From NCBI RefSeq assembly GCF_041886205.1, contig NZ_CP169029.1: a stretch of DNA of 64,000 nucleotides, one strand, 5' to 3'. Each line of letters starts with the position of its first letter. Position 1 is the stretch's first letter. The translations under genes were made by a program, and so were the position numbers. Shown piece by piece: positions 34,420-47,275 of this stretch. The notes below the pieces were generated by a model. The model was not told where the DNA came from. It ran no database searches and saw only the letters and a list, made by a program, of their open reading frames with translations. The DNA is from Escherichia coli. Lineage in GTDB: Bacteria; Pseudomonadota; Gammaproteobacteria; Enterobacterales; Enterobacteriaceae.

Positions 34420-34814
34420 GAGGCACGCTCCTGCTGCGGTTCGACAAGCCCGCGCATCAGGTTTATCAGTTCCGCCCACGGGTGAATACCATTCAGCACA
34501 CCGCGATAGTTTCCGCCGGTAAACACTAATGTGGCGGGAAAACGAAAGACGCCAAAGCGATCGCCGATGGCTTCGCTCTGCTCAAGGTCAGCAATCGCCA
34601 CCTGCCATGTATAGTCGGGAAACTCGCGCAGTAATTCGCCAATCATTACCGGATTATCGCTGACCTCTGGCGTGCGTTTCGGGTCACTGCTTAATAACAC
34701 CACGCCGTCTGGCGCTTGCGTAAGCCAGTCGTCAAGACGGGATTCACTGACCGGCGTCCAGCCGCGCGCCAGCATTCGTTGCCACAACGCATCAAATGGC
34801 GTGTCGTTGCTCAT
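34416..34814 (-). CDS. hyaE: HyaE, hydrogenase-1 chaperone
   Basis: 132 aa; operon position. Confidence 0.9.
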
Positions 34815-35398
34815 CCCTGCTCCTCCTGTGTCATCCGGTACTGGCGCAAGCGAACGCCTTCGTAATTTTCCATCGACAGACAGTCATAATTGAGACAACG
34901 CGATTCATTAGCCGGTTGCGGCACAATTCCCCATGCAGCCAGCTGCGCCAGCGCCGCCTGTTCCGCTGCGGGCAGTTGCTCCCGTGCCAGTTCGCTCAGG
35001 CTGCCGCCGTAGTCGTCGAGCATTGCGGGTTGCAGACCGACGAGGGCAATATGTGCTGGCAGATGTCCGCGGATATCTGCCAGCGCCAGCACTTCGGAGA
35101 AACTGTTCTGGTGCAGGCTCATTTTCTTCGCGCTGAGATAAGCCGGAATGCGTTCTCCGGCATAGGTTCGCAGCGTTCCAGGTTCCAGCCCGTAGTCAAT
35201 GGCATCGAGAATCAACAGATGGCTGGCGCTTTCGACATAGCCCAGCAAGTTCAGCCCCTGAGTGCCGCCATCAACAATCTCGACTTCATCGGGCCAGTGG
35301 TAATGGGCATACAGCCGTTCCGCCACCCGCACGCCGAAGCCTTCATCGGCCCACAGCAGGTTGCCCAGCCCCATGACCACCACGCGTTGCTCGCTCAT
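34811..35398 (-). CDS. hyaD: HyaD, hydrogenase-1 large-subunit maturation endopeptidase
   Basis: 195 aa; operon position. Confidence 0.9.
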   Translation of the reverse strand: MSEQRVVVMGLGNLLWADEGFGVRVAERLYAHYHWPDEVEIVDGGTQGLNLLGYVESASHLLILDAIDYGLEPGTLRTYAGERIPAYLSAKKMSLHQNSFSEVLALADIRGHLPAHIALVGLQPAMLDDYGGSLSELAREQLPAAEQAALAQLAAWGIVPQPANESRCLNYDCLSMENYEGVRLRQYRMTQEEQG

Positions 35399-36102
35399 GA
35401 ACGCTCCTTGTTACTTATTTTGCCAAATTTGTGGCTACGGTAGCCGTTGACCATGGTGGAGATCACCGTGTCGTCGGACATGATGTCTTCACGCAGCGCC
35501 ATATAGACATGACCGATCACAAACGCGCCAATCAGCCACATCCCCAGCCGATGCCAGCTGTGAATGTCCATTGAGTTGCCTCCCGTCCAGTAGAAAAATT
35601 CCACCACATAACGGAACGGCGCAAAAATAGCGTACTGGCTGTGTTCGCTGTACAGCGCAAAGCCGGAGATGATCATAAAGACCGACATCAGGAAATAGCC
35701 GAACATCGCCGCCTGGGCGATGGGATTATGGCCTATATCGGCACTCGGACGTTTTGCCAGAAACAGATACCAGCGGATTTCATACCACACGCCCTGCCAC
35801 CAGCTTTTACGCCATACCGGCACGATAAACAGCTCGCGGGAGTAACGATTGCCAACAAAAGCCCAGTAGATCCGCATCAGCAAGACCACGGTAAAAACCA
35901 TCCCGGCGCTGAAGTGAATTAACCTGATGTAGCCCATATAAAACAGATACGTCGCCTCGCCGCTGACGGAAGGTAGCGGCTTGCCGATAAAGTAACCGGT
36001 GACCATCAACACCGCCATGCATAACACCGTCAGCCAGTGCCAGATGCGGACTGGCGCTTCAAAGACATAGTGGCTGACAACGTTGTCGCTTTTCTGTTGC
36101 AT
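35395..36102 (-). CDS. hyaC: HyaC, hydrogenase-1 cytochrome b subunit
   Basis: 235 aa membrane protein. Confidence 0.9.
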   Translation of the reverse strand: MQQKSDNVVSHYVFEAPVRIWHWLTVLCMAVLMVTGYFIGKPLPSVSGEATYLFYMGYIRLIHFSAGMVFTVVLLMRIYWAFVGNRYSRELFIVPVWRKSWWQGVWYEIRWYLFLAKRPSADIGHNPIAQAAMFGYFLMSVFMIISGFALYSEHSQYAIFAPFRYVVEFFYWTGGNSMDIHSWHRLGMWLIGAFVIGHVYMALREDIMSDDTVISTMVNGYRSHKFGKISNKERS

Positions 36103-36120
36103 GATGATTCTCCTTCGCTG

Positions 36121-37914
36121 TTAACGCACCTGCACGGAGATCAGCTCGCTACCGTCGTCGCCCAGCACGTGTGTTGAACAGGCGAGGCACGGGTCAAAGC
36201 TGTGCAGAGTACGCAGGATCTCCAGCGGTTGCTCGGGGATCGCCATTTTGGTGTTCATCAGCGCCGCTTCATAAGCGCCAATCTGCCCTTTGGGATCGCG
36301 CGGGCTGGCGTTCCAGGTGGTCGGCACCACGCACTGGTAGAGATCAATCTTGCCATCGCGAATGGCGGCCCAGTGGCCTAACGCCCCGCGCGGCGCTTCG
36401 GTAAAACCGACACCACGGCACTCTGTCGGCCAGGTTGTGGGTTCCCATTTTTCCGTGGAGGCGGTGGCAAGATTGCCGTTTTTCAGGTTAGTCATCAGCT
36501 TGTCGAAGAAATACTGTAACTTACCTGCGGCCCACTGCGCTTCGTGCGCGCGGCACAAAATGCGGCCTAACGTTGACTGGATACCGGAAAGCGGCAGGTT
36601 CAACGCCGACATCATGCGATCGACCGACTCAACGGTCGCAGCATCGCCTTTGTGATAAGCGATTAACGTGCGTGCCAGCGGCCCCACTTCCATCGCGTTA
36701 CCGCGCCAGCGCGGCGCTTTGATCCACGAGTAGCGTTCCTGTTCATTCAGCTGCTGAATGTTGGTATCGCTGCCTTTGACATCGCCGGGGTTGTACCACG
36801 GGTCGGTAATGCCATCGAATGGATGACGCCCGACCTGATCGTTGGGATAACGATACCAGGCGTGATCGACAAACTCCTGCACCTGCTGCGGATCAACCAA
36901 ATCCACTGGCAGCACATTGTTGAAGTCGCCGTTAATCACCGCGCCGCCAGGCATCAGCAGACTTTTCTCTCCAAAGTCGTTGGCAATATCCGGGAATGCG
37001 CCGTAGCTGAGAACGCATTTATCAGAAAGACCAGTGCCGATTTCGCTCCACGGTTTGTTGAACTGACCGATGGCTAAGGCGTCGGGGATCATCACGTTGT
37101 TAATGAAATCCGCCGTGCGGGTAATGATCGACTGCACCAGGTTCAGGCGTTCCATATTGACCGCCCCGACCGCGCCGCTTTCGTCAATGTTAATGGCGCA
37201 AGGCATCCCGCCGACAATCCAGTTTGGATGTGGGTTTTTACCGCCAAAGACCGCGTGGATTTTCACAATTTCACGCTGGAAATCGAGAGCTTCGAGGTAG
37301 TGGGCAAAGCCCATCAGGTTGGCTTCTGGCGGCAACTTGTACTGCGGGTGCCCCCAGTAGCCATTGCGGAAGATCCCCAACTGCCCGCCTTCAACGAATT
37401 TCTTCAGGCGATTTTGTACGTCGAAGAAATAGCCAGGGGATGATTTCGGCCAAGAGGAGAGACTTTGCGCCAGTTCGGAGGTTTTTCGCGGGTCGGCTTT
37501 CAGCGCATCTAACACATCGATCCAGTCCATCCCGGCGAGCTGATAGAAGTGCACCAGGTGATCGTGGCACCAGAGCGTTGCCAGCATAATGTTGCGGATG
37601 ATATTGGCGTTGTCCGGCACTTTAATACCGATGGCATCTTCGATGGCGTAAACCGAAGCCAGGGCGTGTACGCCAGTACAGACGCCGCAGATACGTTCAA
37701 CGAACGCCCACGCATCGCGCGGGTCGCGCCCTTGCAGGATGATCTCCAGCCCGCGAAACATGGTGCCGCAGGAGACGGCATTGGTGATCACATTCTGATC
37801 GTTAATATTCACTTCGCAGCGCATGTGGCCTTCGATGCGCGTAATCGGGTCAACCACCAGGCGGCGTCCGGCATTATTGATGGTGTATCCCTGAGTTTCG
37901 TACTGAGTGCTCAT
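36121..37914 (-). CDS. hyaB: HyaB, [NiFe] hydrogenase-1 large subunit
   Basis: 597 aa; N-terminal [10 protein letters not shown] and C-terminal DPCLACSTH Ni-binding motifs. Confidence 0.95.
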   Translation of the reverse strand: MSTQYETQGYTINNAGRRLVVDPITRIEGHMRCEVNINDQNVITNAVSCGTMFRGLEIILQGRDPRDAWAFVERICGVCTGVHALASVYAIEDAIGIKVPDNANIIRNIMLATLWCHDHLVHFYQLAGMDWIDVLDALKADPRKTSELAQSLSSWPKSSPGYFFDVQNRLKKFVEGGQLGIFRNGYWGHPQYKLPPEANLMGFAHYLEALDFQREIVKIHAVFGGKNPHPNWIVGGMPCAINIDESGAVGAVNMERLNLVQSIITRTADFINNVMIPDALAIGQFNKPWSEIGTGLSDKCVLSYGAFPDIANDFGEKSLLMPGGAVINGDFNNVLPVDLVDPQQVQEFVDHAWYRYPNDQVGRHPFDGITDPWYNPGDVKGSDTNIQQLNEQERYSWIKAPRWRGNAMEVGPLARTLIAYHKGDAATVESVDRMMSALNLPLSGIQSTLGRILCRAHEAQWAAGKLQYFFDKLMTNLKNGNLATASTEKWEPTTWPTECRGVGFTEAPRGALGHWAAIRDGKIDLYQCVVPTTWNASPRDPKGQIGAYEAALMNTKMAIPEQPLEILRTLHSFDPCLACSTHVLGDDGSELISVQVR

Positions 37915-39029
37915 GCCTGTTTATCCTCATTGCCTGGCTGATGTTCGGTTTCTGTAGGTTGCTGGTTATGACGTCTGCGCTGGTCAACGGCGCTGGCGAC
38001 TGCGTGCACACCAACAGCCGCTGCCACCACGCCAAGCGCGGTTAAACCGACGGTGTCGGCGGTGGAATGAGTACCCATTTGCGGAATATCGACCACGCGG
38101 CTGTAGAACGAACCGCGATCCCAGAAACCATTTTCCGCACAACCCAGGCAGCCGTGACCAGACTGGATTGGGAAAGAAACGCCATCATTCCAGCGTGTGG
38201 AGGAACAGGCGTTATAGGTGGTAGGCCCTTTGCAGCCCATTTTGTACAGGCAGTAACCTTTGCGGGCAGCGTCATCATCCCAACTCTGGACGAACTCTCC
38301 GGCGTCGAAGTGGGCGCGGCGATAGCATTTATCGTGGATTCGCTGACCATAGAACATCAATGGACGGCCCATTCTGTCGACATCTGGCAAGCGATCAAAG
38401 GTCACCATGTAAGTAATGATGGCGCTCATCACATCCGGGATCGGCGGGCAGCCAGGTACTTTGATAATGGGTTTGTCGGTGATGACTTTGTCGATAGGCG
38501 TTGCCTGCGTCGGATTAGGTCGCGCGGCCTGCACGCAGCCCCAGGACGCGCAGGTTCCCCAGGCGATAATCGCGCTGGCTCCGGCAGCGGCACGTTTGAG
38601 TTTCTCAATAAACGGTCGACCGCTGCTGATACAGAACATCCCCTGCTCGCCCAGCGGCGGATTACCTTCTACTGCGAGGATATATTTGCCATTGTATTGC
38701 GCGATGATGTCTTCAAAGACTTCTTCCGCCTGGGTTCCGGCGGCAGCCATCAAAGTATCGTCGTAATCGAGGGAAATCAGGGAAAGGATGACGTCCTTTG
38801 CCAGTGGGTGAGCGGAGCGGATAAAAGATTCGGTACAGCAGGTGCATTCCAGACCGTGGATCCATACCACCGGAATGCGCGGTTTGTTCTCCAGCGCCCA
38901 GGCAATCTTTGGTGCCATTCCCGCGCCTAATCCCAGCGACGTGGCAGCCAGACTGCAATATTTGAGAAAGCTGCGTCGGGTAACGCCCTGACGCCGCATG
39001 GCCTGGTAAAATGTTTCCTCGTTATTCAT
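37911..39029 (-). CDS. hyaA: HyaA, [NiFe] hydrogenase-1 small subunit
   Basis: ORF 37911..39056; start at [10 protein letters not shown]; Tat signal RRSFLK. Confidence 0.9.
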   Translation of the reverse strand: MNNEETFYQAMRRQGVTRRSFLKYCSLAATSLGLGAGMAPKIAWALENKPRIPVVWIHGLECTCCTESFIRSAHPLAKDVILSLISLDYDDTLMAAAGTQAEEVFEDIIAQYNGKYILAVEGNPPLGEQGMFCISSGRPFIEKLKRAAAGASAIIAWGTCASWGCVQAARPNPTQATPIDKVITDKPIIKVPGCPPIPDVMSAIITYMVTFDRLPDVDRMGRPLMFYGQRIHDKCYRRAHFDAGEFVQSWDDDAARKGYCLYKMGCKGPTTYNACSSTRWNDGVSFPIQSGHGCLGCAENGFWDRGSFYSRVVDIPQMGTHSTADTVGLTALGVVAAAVGVHAVASAVDQRRRHNQQPTETEHQPGNEDKQA

Positions 39030-39455
39030 ATCGCACGTCTCTTCTCCTTGCGACACCGGCAGGACACCGGGCGCTTATGGTCGGCAAGCGACGTCCCTGT
39101 AGCAAGGCAAACCATCGCTTCACGTGAGATGCTGAAAACGAAAGCTCATCCTTCTGCACTGGCGCACGTCGCCAGAAAGTGTTGTTAATAAAGAGTAGTG
39201 AAACTTTTGCACAAAACAATACAAACTGTGTGGATTTATCTTTTAGCGATAAAAATGGACCTATTTTTCTTTTTGCCGGGCGGTGGGGATGTTTAGCCAG
39301 TTGCTAAACGAGTAAAAGAGAAGGAATTCATGGTGATGAAATGATCAATCTGCTGTTATTTCACGCTATCAATGCACTTTTGGCTGTTTTTCAGGCAAAC
39401 AAACAAATTAGGGGTTTACACGCCGCATCGGGATGTTTATAGTGCGCGTCATTCC

Positions 39456-39543
39456 GGAAGTGTGGCCGAGCGGTTGAAGGCACCGGTCTTGAAAACCGGC
39501 GACCCGAAAGGGTTCCAGAGTTCGAATCTCTGCGCTTCCGCCA
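39456..39543 (+). tRNA. serT: tRNA-Ser (anticodon UGA)
   Basis: GGAAGTGTGGCCGAGCGGTTGAAGGCACCGGTCTTGAAAACCGG...GCGCTTCCGCCA; long variable arm, encoded CCA. Confidence 0.95.
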
Positions 39544-39551
39544 AATAAGAT

Positions 39552-39588
39552 AAGGGGTTAGCTAAATGCTAACCCCTTTTTCTTTTGC
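39552..39588 (+). terminator. Rho-independent terminator after serT
   Basis: Hairpin AAGGGGTTAGC-TAAA-TGCTAACCCCTT followed by T-run. Confidence 0.8.
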
Positions 39589-39749
39589 CTGTCGAAATTC
39601 TCAGGGCGTTATATTTGCTTAATGACCTGATAATCCGCTGTTAAACCTGTTCCAGATCAAATGCGTAAAGATGGGTAAAACTTCTGGGTGCCCTTACGCA
39701 TTATCATTATGCTGCTTAATTAATTACATCTGTCATAGAGAGTGACTCA

Positions 39750-40409
39750 ATGGATCGTATTGTTAGTTCTTCACATGACCGTACATCACTGCTTAGCACC
39801 CATAAGGTGCTGCGTAATACCTATTTTCTGCTGAGCCTGACGCTGGCCTTTTCGGCGATTACCGCAACTGCCAGTACGGTGCTGATGCTGCCATCTCCGG
39901 GTCTGATTCTGACGCTGGTGGGTATGTATGGTTTGATGTTCCTGACCTATAAAACGGCGAATAAGCCGACCGGGATTATCTCCGCATTCGCCTTTACCGG
40001 TTTTCTGGGTTATATCCTCGGACCAATTCTGAACACCTATCTGTCTGCCGGAATGGGTGACGTAATCGCTATGGCACTGGGCGGAACGGCGTTAGTGTTC
40101 TTCTGCTGCTCTGCATATGTGCTGACCACCCGCAAAGATATGTCGTTCCTCGGCGGTATGCTGATGGCGGGTATTGTGGTGGTGCTGATTGGTATGGTTG
40201 CTAATATCTTCCTGCAACTGCCTGCTCTGCATCTGGCGATCAGCGCGGTCTTCATTCTGATCTCCTCTGGCGCTATTTTGTTTGAAACCAGCAACATAAT
40301 TCATGGCGGTGAAACGAACTATATTCGTGCCACGGTTAGCCTGTATGTTTCGCTGTACAACATCTTCGTCAGCCTGCTGAGCATTCTGGGCTTCGCCAGC
40401 CGCGATTAA
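39750..40409 (+). CDS. yccA: YccA, BAX-inhibitor-1 family membrane protein (FtsH modulator)
   Basis: 219 aa, seven predicted TM helices. Confidence 0.9.
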   Translation: MDRIVSSSHDRTSLLSTHKVLRNTYFLLSLTLAFSAITATASTVLMLPSPGLILTLVGMYGLMFLTYKTANKPTGIISAFAFTGFLGYILGPILNTYLSAGMGDVIAMALGGTALVFFCCSAYVLTTRKDMSFLGGMLMAGIVVVLIGMVANIFLQLPALHLAISAVFILISSGAILFETSNIIHGGETNYIRATVSLYVSLYNIFVSLLSILGFASRD

Positions 40410-40499
40410 TCTCACCCGCTAACACTTTCATAGCCTCGCTTTATGCGGGGCTTTGTTTTTTGTTACACTGCCGCCAGTCTGATTAAGGTAGTAATAATT

Positions 40500-40829
40500 A
40501 TGCTGATCTTCGAAGGTAAAGAGATAGAAACGGATACCGAAGGCTATCTCAAAGAAAGCAGCCAGTGGAGTGAACCGCTGGCAGTGGTGATTGCAAAGAA
40601 CGAAGGGATTTCGCTGTCGCCAGAACACTGGGAAGTGGTGCGTTTTGTGCGTGATTTCTATCTGGAATTTAATACGTCTCCGGCGATTCGTATGCTGGTA
40701 AAAGCGATGGCGAATAAATTTGGTGAAGAAAAAGGTAACAGCCGCTATTTATACCGACTGTTCCCGAAAGGCCCGGCAAAGCAAGCCACCAAAATTGCTG
40801 GCCTGCCAAAACCGGTAAAATGTATTTAA
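40500..40829 (+). CDS. tusE: TusE, sulfurtransferase for tRNA 2-thiouridine synthesis
   Basis: ORF 40443..40829; start at [11 protein letters not shown]-terminal PKPVKCI. Confidence 0.85.
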   Translation: MLIFEGKEIETDTEGYLKESSQWSEPLAVVIAKNEGISLSPEHWEVVRFVRDFYLEFNTSPAIRMLVKAMANKFGEEKGNSRYLYRLFPKGPAKQATKIAGLPKPVKCI

Positions 40830-41104
40830 CGGATACGAAAATCGGTTAATTCACCCGAGGGATGATGCGGCTCGCTGAGCACCCGTTCTACACGCGCAGA
40901 ACGCGGGCCGCCACTCTTTAACCACTGCATTAATTTTTCTACCTGCCCTTCTTCACCGCAAGCAACCACTTCCACGCTGCCATCGTCAAGATTTTTGGCG
41001 TACCCGGTTAAACCCAGTCTTTTCGCTTCGTACTGTGTGGTGTAGCGAAATCCTACGCCCTGAACTCGCCCGTAAACCCAGGCAATTATGCAGACTTTCG
41101 ACAT
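40826..41104 (-). CDS. yccX: YccX, acylphosphatase
   Basis: ORF 40826..41317; start at MSKVCIIAW; VxGxVQGVxFR motif. Confidence 0.85.
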   Translation of the reverse strand: MSKVCIIAWVYGRVQGVGFRYTTQYEAKRLGLTGYAKNLDDGSVEVVACGEEGQVEKLMQWLKSGGPRSARVERVLSEPHHPSGELTDFRIR

Positions 41105-41198
41105 TGCTGCTCTCCTTATCCTTAATGGACGCGTTGCAAATCCATGGAAAACTCCGGACAATGACGCCCATTTCTTTGCATCGACAGAAAAGTAAATT

Positions 41199-42389
41199 AT
41201 GAGTGTACGTTTAGTGTTAGCCAAAGGGCGCGAAAAATCATTACTTCGTCGCCATCCGTGGGTCTTTTCCGGGGCCGTTGCCCGCATGGAAGGTAAAGCC
41301 AGCCTCGGTGAAACCATCGATATTGTTGATCATCAGGGAAAATGGTTAGCACGCGGCGCTTATTCGCCAGCTTCGCAAATCCGGGCGCGCGTCTGGACGT
41401 TTGACCCGTCTGAGTCTATCGACATTGCTTTTTTTTCCCGCCGTTTGCAACAGGCACAAAAATGGCGTGACTGGCTGGCGCAAAAAGATGGCCTCGACAG
41501 CTATCGTTTAATCGCCGGAGAATCTGATGGCCTGCCGGGTATTACTATCGATCGTTTCGGTAATTTTCTGGTGCTGCAACTGCTGAGTGCTGGCGCAGAG
41601 TATCAGCGCGCGGCATTAATTAGCGCCCTGCAAACGCTTTACCCGGAATGTGCGATTTACGATCGCAGCGATGTTGCGGTACGTAAAAAAGAAGGGATGG
41701 AGCTGACCCAGGGCCTCGTCACCGGCGAGTTGCCACCTGCCCTGCTGCCGATTGAAGAACACGGCATGAAGCTGCTGGTGGATATTCAGCACGGACACAA
41801 AACGGGCTACTACCTGGACCAGCGAGACAGCCGCCTGGCTACCCGCCGCTACGTTGAAAATAAACGTGTGCTGAACTGTTTCTCCTATACCGGTGGTTTC
41901 TCCGTATCGGCACTGATGGGCGGTTGCAGCCAGGTTGTCAGCGTTGATACCTCCCAGGAAGCGCTGGATATTGCACGGCAGAACGTTGAGCTGAACAAAC
42001 TGGATCTGAGCAAGGCTGAGTTTGTCCGTGATGATGTCTTTAAATTGCTGCGTACTTATCGCGATCGCGGTGAAAAATTTGACGTTATCGTGATGGACCC
42101 GCCGAAGTTTGTTGAGAATAAAAGCCAGTTGATGGGCGCGTGTCGTGGCTATAAAGACATCAACATGCTGGCGATTCAGCTGCTGAATGAAGGCGGTATT
42201 CTCCTGACTTTCTCCTGTTCCGGTCTGATGACCAGCGATTTATTTCAGAAAATCATCGCGGATGCCGCAATTGATGCCGGTCGTGATGTACAATTTATAG
42301 AGCAGTTCCGTCAGGCAGCCGATCATCCGGTGATCGCTACCTACCCGGAAGGGCTATATCTGAAAGGGTTTGCCTGTCGCGTCATGTAA
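41199..42389 (+). CDS. rlmI: RlmI, 23S rRNA m5C1962 methyltransferase
   Basis: 396 aa; PUA plus SAM-dependent methyltransferase. Confidence 0.9.
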   Translation: MSVRLVLAKGREKSLLRRHPWVFSGAVARMEGKASLGETIDIVDHQGKWLARGAYSPASQIRARVWTFDPSESIDIAFFSRRLQQAQKWRDWLAQKDGLDSYRLIAGESDGLPGITIDRFGNFLVLQLLSAGAEYQRAALISALQTLYPECAIYDRSDVAVRKKEGMELTQGLVTGELPPALLPIEEHGMKLLVDIQHGHKTGYYLDQRDSRLATRRYVENKRVLNCFSYTGGFSVSALMGGCSQVVSVDTSQEALDIARQNVELNKLDLSKAEFVRDDVFKLLRTYRDRGEKFDVIVMDPPKFVENKSQLMGACRGYKDINMLAIQLLNEGGILLTFSCSGLMTSDLFQKIIADAAIDAGRDVQFIEQFRQAADHPVIATYPEGLYLKGFACRVM

Positions 42390-42764
<375 letters not shown>

Positions 42765-42773
42765 TCCCTGAAC

Positions 42774-42811
42774 AAATCCCCGGAAGGTTTTTGCCTTCCG
42801 GGGATTTTTTA
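42774..42811. terminator. Bidirectional terminator between hspQ and yccU
   Basis: Hairpin AAATCCCCGGAAGG-TTTTTG-CCTTCCGGGGATTTTTT. Confidence 0.8.
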
Positions 42812-43222
42812 TTTAGCCAGGCCCAGGCGAGGGATCTCAATAGCTGGGCAGCGATCCATCACCACATTCAACCCGGCATCCCGTGCCAGTACTGCCGCTT
42901 GCTCATTAATCACCCCCAGTTGCATCCAGAGGGTTTTCGCGCCAATGGCAATAGCTTCCTGTGCCACGCCCCACGCCGCTTCTGAATTACGGAAAACATC
43001 GACCATATCGACTTTTTCCGGAACGTCTGCCAGCGTGCCATACCCCTTCTGGCCCAGCAGCGTTTTGCCGGCAACTTTTGGCGAAACCGGAATGACGTGA
43101 TACCCCTGGTCGAGTAGATATTTCATCACGCGATAGCTGGGACGATCGGGTTTGTCGCTTGCCCCCACCAGCGCAATGGTGTGAGTGGACGTTAAAATGC
43201 CTGCAATATCGGTTTCTTTCAT
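42809..43222 (-). CDS. yccU: YccU, CoA-binding domain protein
   Basis: ORF 42809..43303; start at [10 protein letters not shown]. Confidence 0.8.
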   Translation of the reverse strand: MKETDIAGILTSTHTIALVGASDKPDRPSYRVMKYLLDQGYHVIPVSPKVAGKTLLGQKGYGTLADVPEKVDMVDVFRNSEAAWGVAQEAIAIGAKTLWMQLGVINEQAAVLARDAGLNVVMDRCPAIEIPRLGLAK

Positions 43223-43394
43223 TATTTCCTCCAGACTGTTTAACAAAGTGTACGACAAAGCCGACATGCCAACCATGCAGCTAATACGAATGAATGAGAG
43301 CAAAAGCGGGAAATATGTCTATATGTTAGTAAGTATGATTAAAGAAAAATTTTGACACATTATTATTCGGGCGGTCTTTTGACAGGAGCTACCT

Positions 43395-44057
43395 ATGAAA
43401 ACCGGCATCGTGACCACCTTGATTGCATTATGTTTGCCGGTATCCGTTTTTGCCACCACGCTGCGGCTTTCAACCGATGTCGATCTTCTGGTACTCGACG
43501 GCAAGAAGGTTTCCAGCTCTCTGCTGCGCGGTGCGGACAGCATTGAACTGGATAATGGACCACATCAGTTAGTGTTTCGCGTTGAGAAGACGATTCATCT
43601 TTCCAATAGTGAAGAGCGGCTGTATATCTCCCCACCGCTGGTGGTCAGTTTTAATACCCAGCTCATCAACCAGGTCAATTTTCGCCTGCCTCGCCTGGAG
43701 AATGAGCGGGAAGCTAACCATTTTGATGCCGCGCCGCGCCTTGAATTGTTGGATGGCGATGCGACGCCGATTCCGGTAAAGCTGGATATTCTCGCCATTA
43801 CCTCAACGGCAAAAACGATTGATTATGAGGTCGAGGTTGAACGCTATAACAAATCCGCGAAACGCGCTTCACTACCGCAATTTGCCACGATGATGGCAGA
43901 TGACAGTACGCTGCTTTCGGGTGTTTCCGAGCTGGATGCTATTCCACCGCAGTCTCAGGTGCTCACAGAACAACGGCTGAAGTATTGGTTTAAACTGGCT
44001 GACCCACAAACGCGCAATACTTTCCTGCAGTGGGCGGAAAAACAACCATCTTCCTGA
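43395..44057 (+). CDS. yccT: YccT, periplasmic DUF2057 protein
   Basis: 220 aa with signal peptide. Confidence 0.85.
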
Positions 44058-44152
44058 GATTTTTGTGCCTGTGCGCAGGCTTTTTCGGTCTTTATCTTGC
44101 AGCGATAAGTGCTTACAGTAATCTGTAGGAAAGTTAACTACGGATGTACATT

Positions 44153-44611
44153 ATGGAACTGACGACTCGCACTTTACCTGCGCGGAAACATATTGCGCTG
44201 GTGGCACACGATCACTGCAAACAAATGCTGATGAGCTGGGTGGAACGGCATCAACCGTTACTGGAACAACACGTACTGTATGCAACAGGCACTACCGGTA
44301 ACTTGATTTCCCGTGCAACCGGCATGAACGTCAACGCGATGTTGAGTGGCCCAATGGGGGGTGACCAGCAGGTTGGCGCATTGATCTCAGAAGGGAAAAT
44401 TGATGTATTGATTTTCTTCTGGGACCCACTAAATGCCGTGCCGCACGATCCTGACGTGAAAGCCTTGCTGCGTCTGGCGACGGTATGGAACATTCCGGTC
44501 GCCACCAACGTGGCAACGGCAGACTTCATTATCCAGTCGCCGCATTTCAACGACGCGGTCGATATTCTGATCCCCGATTATCAGCGTTATCTCGCGGACC
44601 GTCTGAAGTAA
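44153..44611 (+). CDS. mgsA: MgsA, methylglyoxal synthase
   Basis: ORF 44144..44611; start at [10 protein letters not shown]. Confidence 0.9.
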
Positions 44612-44642
44612 TATTGCACAGGTGGCAAACGCCACCTGTTTC

Positions 44643-46697
44643 TTACGGTTTTCTCGCCACCGGTACATCCAGATTTTTCAGTATTGCCACAAAGGGAGAG
44701 GGATTCTCTTTGTTAAACAGTGCCCATACCCGATGACGTGCCCGGGTCAGCGCCACGTACATTAACCGCCGTTCTTCAGCGTCCGGGAAATCCTCAACCG
44801 GTGGCAGTAGCGCCTCTTCCATAATCGACTCCCGCGCCGCAGCCGGAAAACCATCACTTCCCTCCTGCAAGCCAACGATGATGACGTAATCCGCCTGTTG
44901 CCCTTTGCTGGCATGAATGGTCATAAAGTCGATTTGCAACTTCGGCCAGCGTGTTGCCGCTTTTTCCAGGCTGGCAGGCCTCATGTGATGGTAACGCGCC
45001 AGGATCAGAATGCGCTCTTCCGGTTTGGCATAACCAGAGAGCTTATCCAGCAAAGCGTCAAGTTGACTCTCATCCAATAACGTGACGGCTTTTTTGTCTC
45101 CATTGGTTAAGCTGTTTAGCGGCTTTTTCAGCTGGCCTGGGTTCTGCTGAATAAACCGGTTTGCCACCTCACCGATACGACTGTTAAAACGGTAAGTCGT
45201 GTCTAAATCACAACGTTCGCCTTCACCAAAGTTTTCATGGAAAGCGGTGGTGAGCGACATTTGCGCACCGCTGAATCGGTAAATCGCCTGCCAGTCATCA
45301 CCAACGGCGAACAACGTCGTCTGACTGTTTTGCTTGCGTAATGCCGCTAACAACGCTGCCCGCTGCGGCGAGATATCCTGAAATTCATCAACCAGAATAT
45401 GCTTCCACGGGCTGATAAAGCGACCTTTCTCCAGAATCACAATCGCCTGATGAATAAGGCCCGAAAAATCGACAGCCTTTTCTGCCTTCAGCGCACCTTT
45501 CCAGGCTTTTAATAACGGGGCCATCAACTTGATACGTTTACTGAACAGATCGCGAATCTCTTCGGGTGCACTGGCAATCATTTCTGCCTGTGCACCACCG
45601 TGCATCCGCATCAGACTTACCCAGCGATCGAGGCGAGAGGCAAGGCGACGCTGTAATTTTTCATCATCCCAGAAGTTACCTTCTGGCACTGACCACTGCA
45701 TTTCTTCCGTCAGCCATTGCCGCCAGCCCTTCTCCTGCGCTTTCTTTTCGCTGCATTGCTTGCGCCACTCAGCAATAAAGAGTTCATGACGGGCAGCGGT
45801 ATCATTTTCCAGTTTGCTGACTATCGGAACTTTTTTGCTGCCCTGCTGAATAATATGCAGCGCCAGCGCATGAAACGTGCGTGCGGTAATGTCTTCGGTA
45901 TGTAGCCGTTCGCGAATACGCTCGTCCATCTCTTCAGCGGCTTTGCGACCAAACGCCAGCAATAAAATTTGCTCAGGAGACGCTTCACCACGCGCCAGCA
46001 ACCAGCCTGCACGGGCCACCAGCACCGACGTTTTTCCGCTTCCTGCACCTGCCAGCACTAACAGAGAATGCTCGCCATTAACGACTGCCCGGGCCTGCGC
46101 CGGATTCAGCGGTGAAGACTCGACCTGGCGGAAAAAATCCGCATACTCGGTAAGCATGGCTTCGGTATACGCCTGGTTATGCTGCAACCGAGCGCTTTCA
46201 ATATCTTTCAACCAGGCCTGACATTTACGCCACGCCTCACGGCAGTTATCGAATTCTTCCAGTCGGTTAACCGGCAACGGCAACGCCGACAAAGCCTGGC
46301 GGATTTGTTGCTGAACGCCAGAGGTTTGCTCACGCGTCAGCCATTTATTTTCTCCAGTGCGCGTGGCAATCAAATCCAGTTGCTGTCGTAAAACACCAGA
46401 CGCAATTTCGCTCATCTCGCCACTCCACCGCCGCCAGTGAGCATCAAGATGATGGTAAAAACGCTGCGTCTCGCCCCATTCGGTGCCGTGCAGACGCACC
46501 ACTTTTTCGTCCGGCAGTACAAATTCCAGCTCGCCCCATACCAGACCGCGCTTACAGTGAATCGCCAGTAATTGATTGAAAGGAATAAGGTATTCGTGGC
46601 GATCGCCGGAGACTTTAATCCCGGCATTGAGGATCACCGCCCGATCGTAAGGGTGCTGTGCCAGACGTTTTCCAAGCGTTGTCGCTTTCAGTTCCAT
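44643..46697 (-). CDS. helD: HelD, DNA helicase IV (UvrD-like)
   Basis: ORF 44643..46790; start at MELKATTLGK; Walker A GAGSGKTS. Confidence 0.9.
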   Translation of the reverse strand: MELKATTLGKRLAQHPYDRAVILNAGIKVSGDRHEYLIPFNQLLAIHCKRGLVWGELEFVLPDEKVVRLHGTEWGETQRFYHHLDAHWRRWSGEMSEIASGVLRQQLDLIATRTGENKWLTREQTSGVQQQIRQALSALPLPVNRLEEFDNCREAWRKCQAWLKDIESARLQHNQAYTEAMLTEYADFFRQVESSPLNPAQARAVVNGEHSLLVLAGAGSGKTSVLVARAGWLLARGEASPEQILLLAFGRKAAEEMDERIRERLHTEDITARTFHALALHIIQQGSKKVPIVSKLENDTAARHELFIAEWRKQCSEKKAQEKGWRQWLTEEMQWSVPEGNFWDDEKLQRRLASRLDRWVSLMRMHGGAQAEMIASAPEEIRDLFSKRIKLMAPLLKAWKGALKAEKAVDFSGLIHQAIVILEKGRFISPWKHILVDEFQDISPQRAALLAALRKQNSQTTLFAVGDDWQAIYRFSGAQMSLTTAFHENFGEGERCDLDTTYRFNSRIGEVANRFIQQNPGQLKKPLNSLTNGDKKAVTLLDESQLDALLDKLSGYAKPEERILILARYHHMRPASLEKAATRWPKLQIDFMTIHASKGQQADYVIIVGLQEGSDGFPAAARESIMEEALLPPVEDFPDAEERRLMYVALTRARHRVWALFNKENPSPFVAILKNLDVPVARKP

Positions 46698-46819
46698 GAC
46701 TCTGTAGATCCACACGAAATTATTTCTTATCAGTGTAACCGTCAGAGAAAACGTGCTCCAGCCCAAAAAAACGTTACAATTGCCGCCCATTACTGAAAAC
46801 CACAGTAAAGCGAGGTTTT

Positions 46820-47266
46820 ATGCGTACCGTTTTGAACATTCTGAACTTTGTGCTTGGCGGATTTGCCACCACTCTGGGCTGGCTGTTGGCGACTCTGGTC
46901 AGTATTGTGCTGATTTTTACCTTACCGCTGACACGATCCTGCTGGGAGATCACTAAACTGTCTCTGGTACCTTATGGCAATGAAGCTATTCATGTCGATG
47001 AACTGAACCCGGCTGGCAAAAATGTACTGCTGAATACTGGCGGTACGGTATTGAATATTTTCTGGCTGATTTTCTTTGGCTGGTGGTTATGCCTGATGCA
47101 CATTGCAACGGGCATCGCACAATGTATTTCCATCATTGGCATTCCTGTCGGTATTGCGAACTTTAAAATTGCAGCTATTGCACTATGGCCGGTCGGTCGT
47201 CGCGTGGTATCGGTAGAAACAGCGCAAGCTGCGCGTGAAGCCAATGCACGTCGTCGTTTTGAATAA
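46820..47266 (+). CDS. yccF: YccF, DUF307 inner-membrane protein
   Basis: 148 aa, hydrophobic. Confidence 0.85.
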   Translation: MRTVLNILNFVLGGFATTLGWLLATLVSIVLIFTLPLTRSCWEITKLSLVPYGNEAIHVDELNPAGKNVLLNTGGTVLNIFWLIFFGWWLCLMHIATGIAQCISIIGIPVGIANFKIAAIALWPVGRRVVSVETAQAAREANARRRFE

Positions 47267-47275
47267 TCCACTAAT

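Noticed and set aside
33562-34479. Extended 305-aa start for hyaF and similar N-terminally extended ORFs for helD, ompA, fabA, appA and yccU
   Set aside because: The extensions lack an RBS and overlap upstream genes or promoters; the internal Met starts match the known protein N-termini.
38067-38930. 287-aa plus-strand ORF antisense to hyaA
   Set aside because: Lies fully within hyaA on the opposite strand; arginine-rich and low-complexity, consistent with a non-coding frame.
39456-39750. serT tRNA checked as a possible integration site for a genomic island
   Set aside because: No integrase, direct repeat of the tRNA 3' end or foreign-composition DNA downstream; yccA follows directly.
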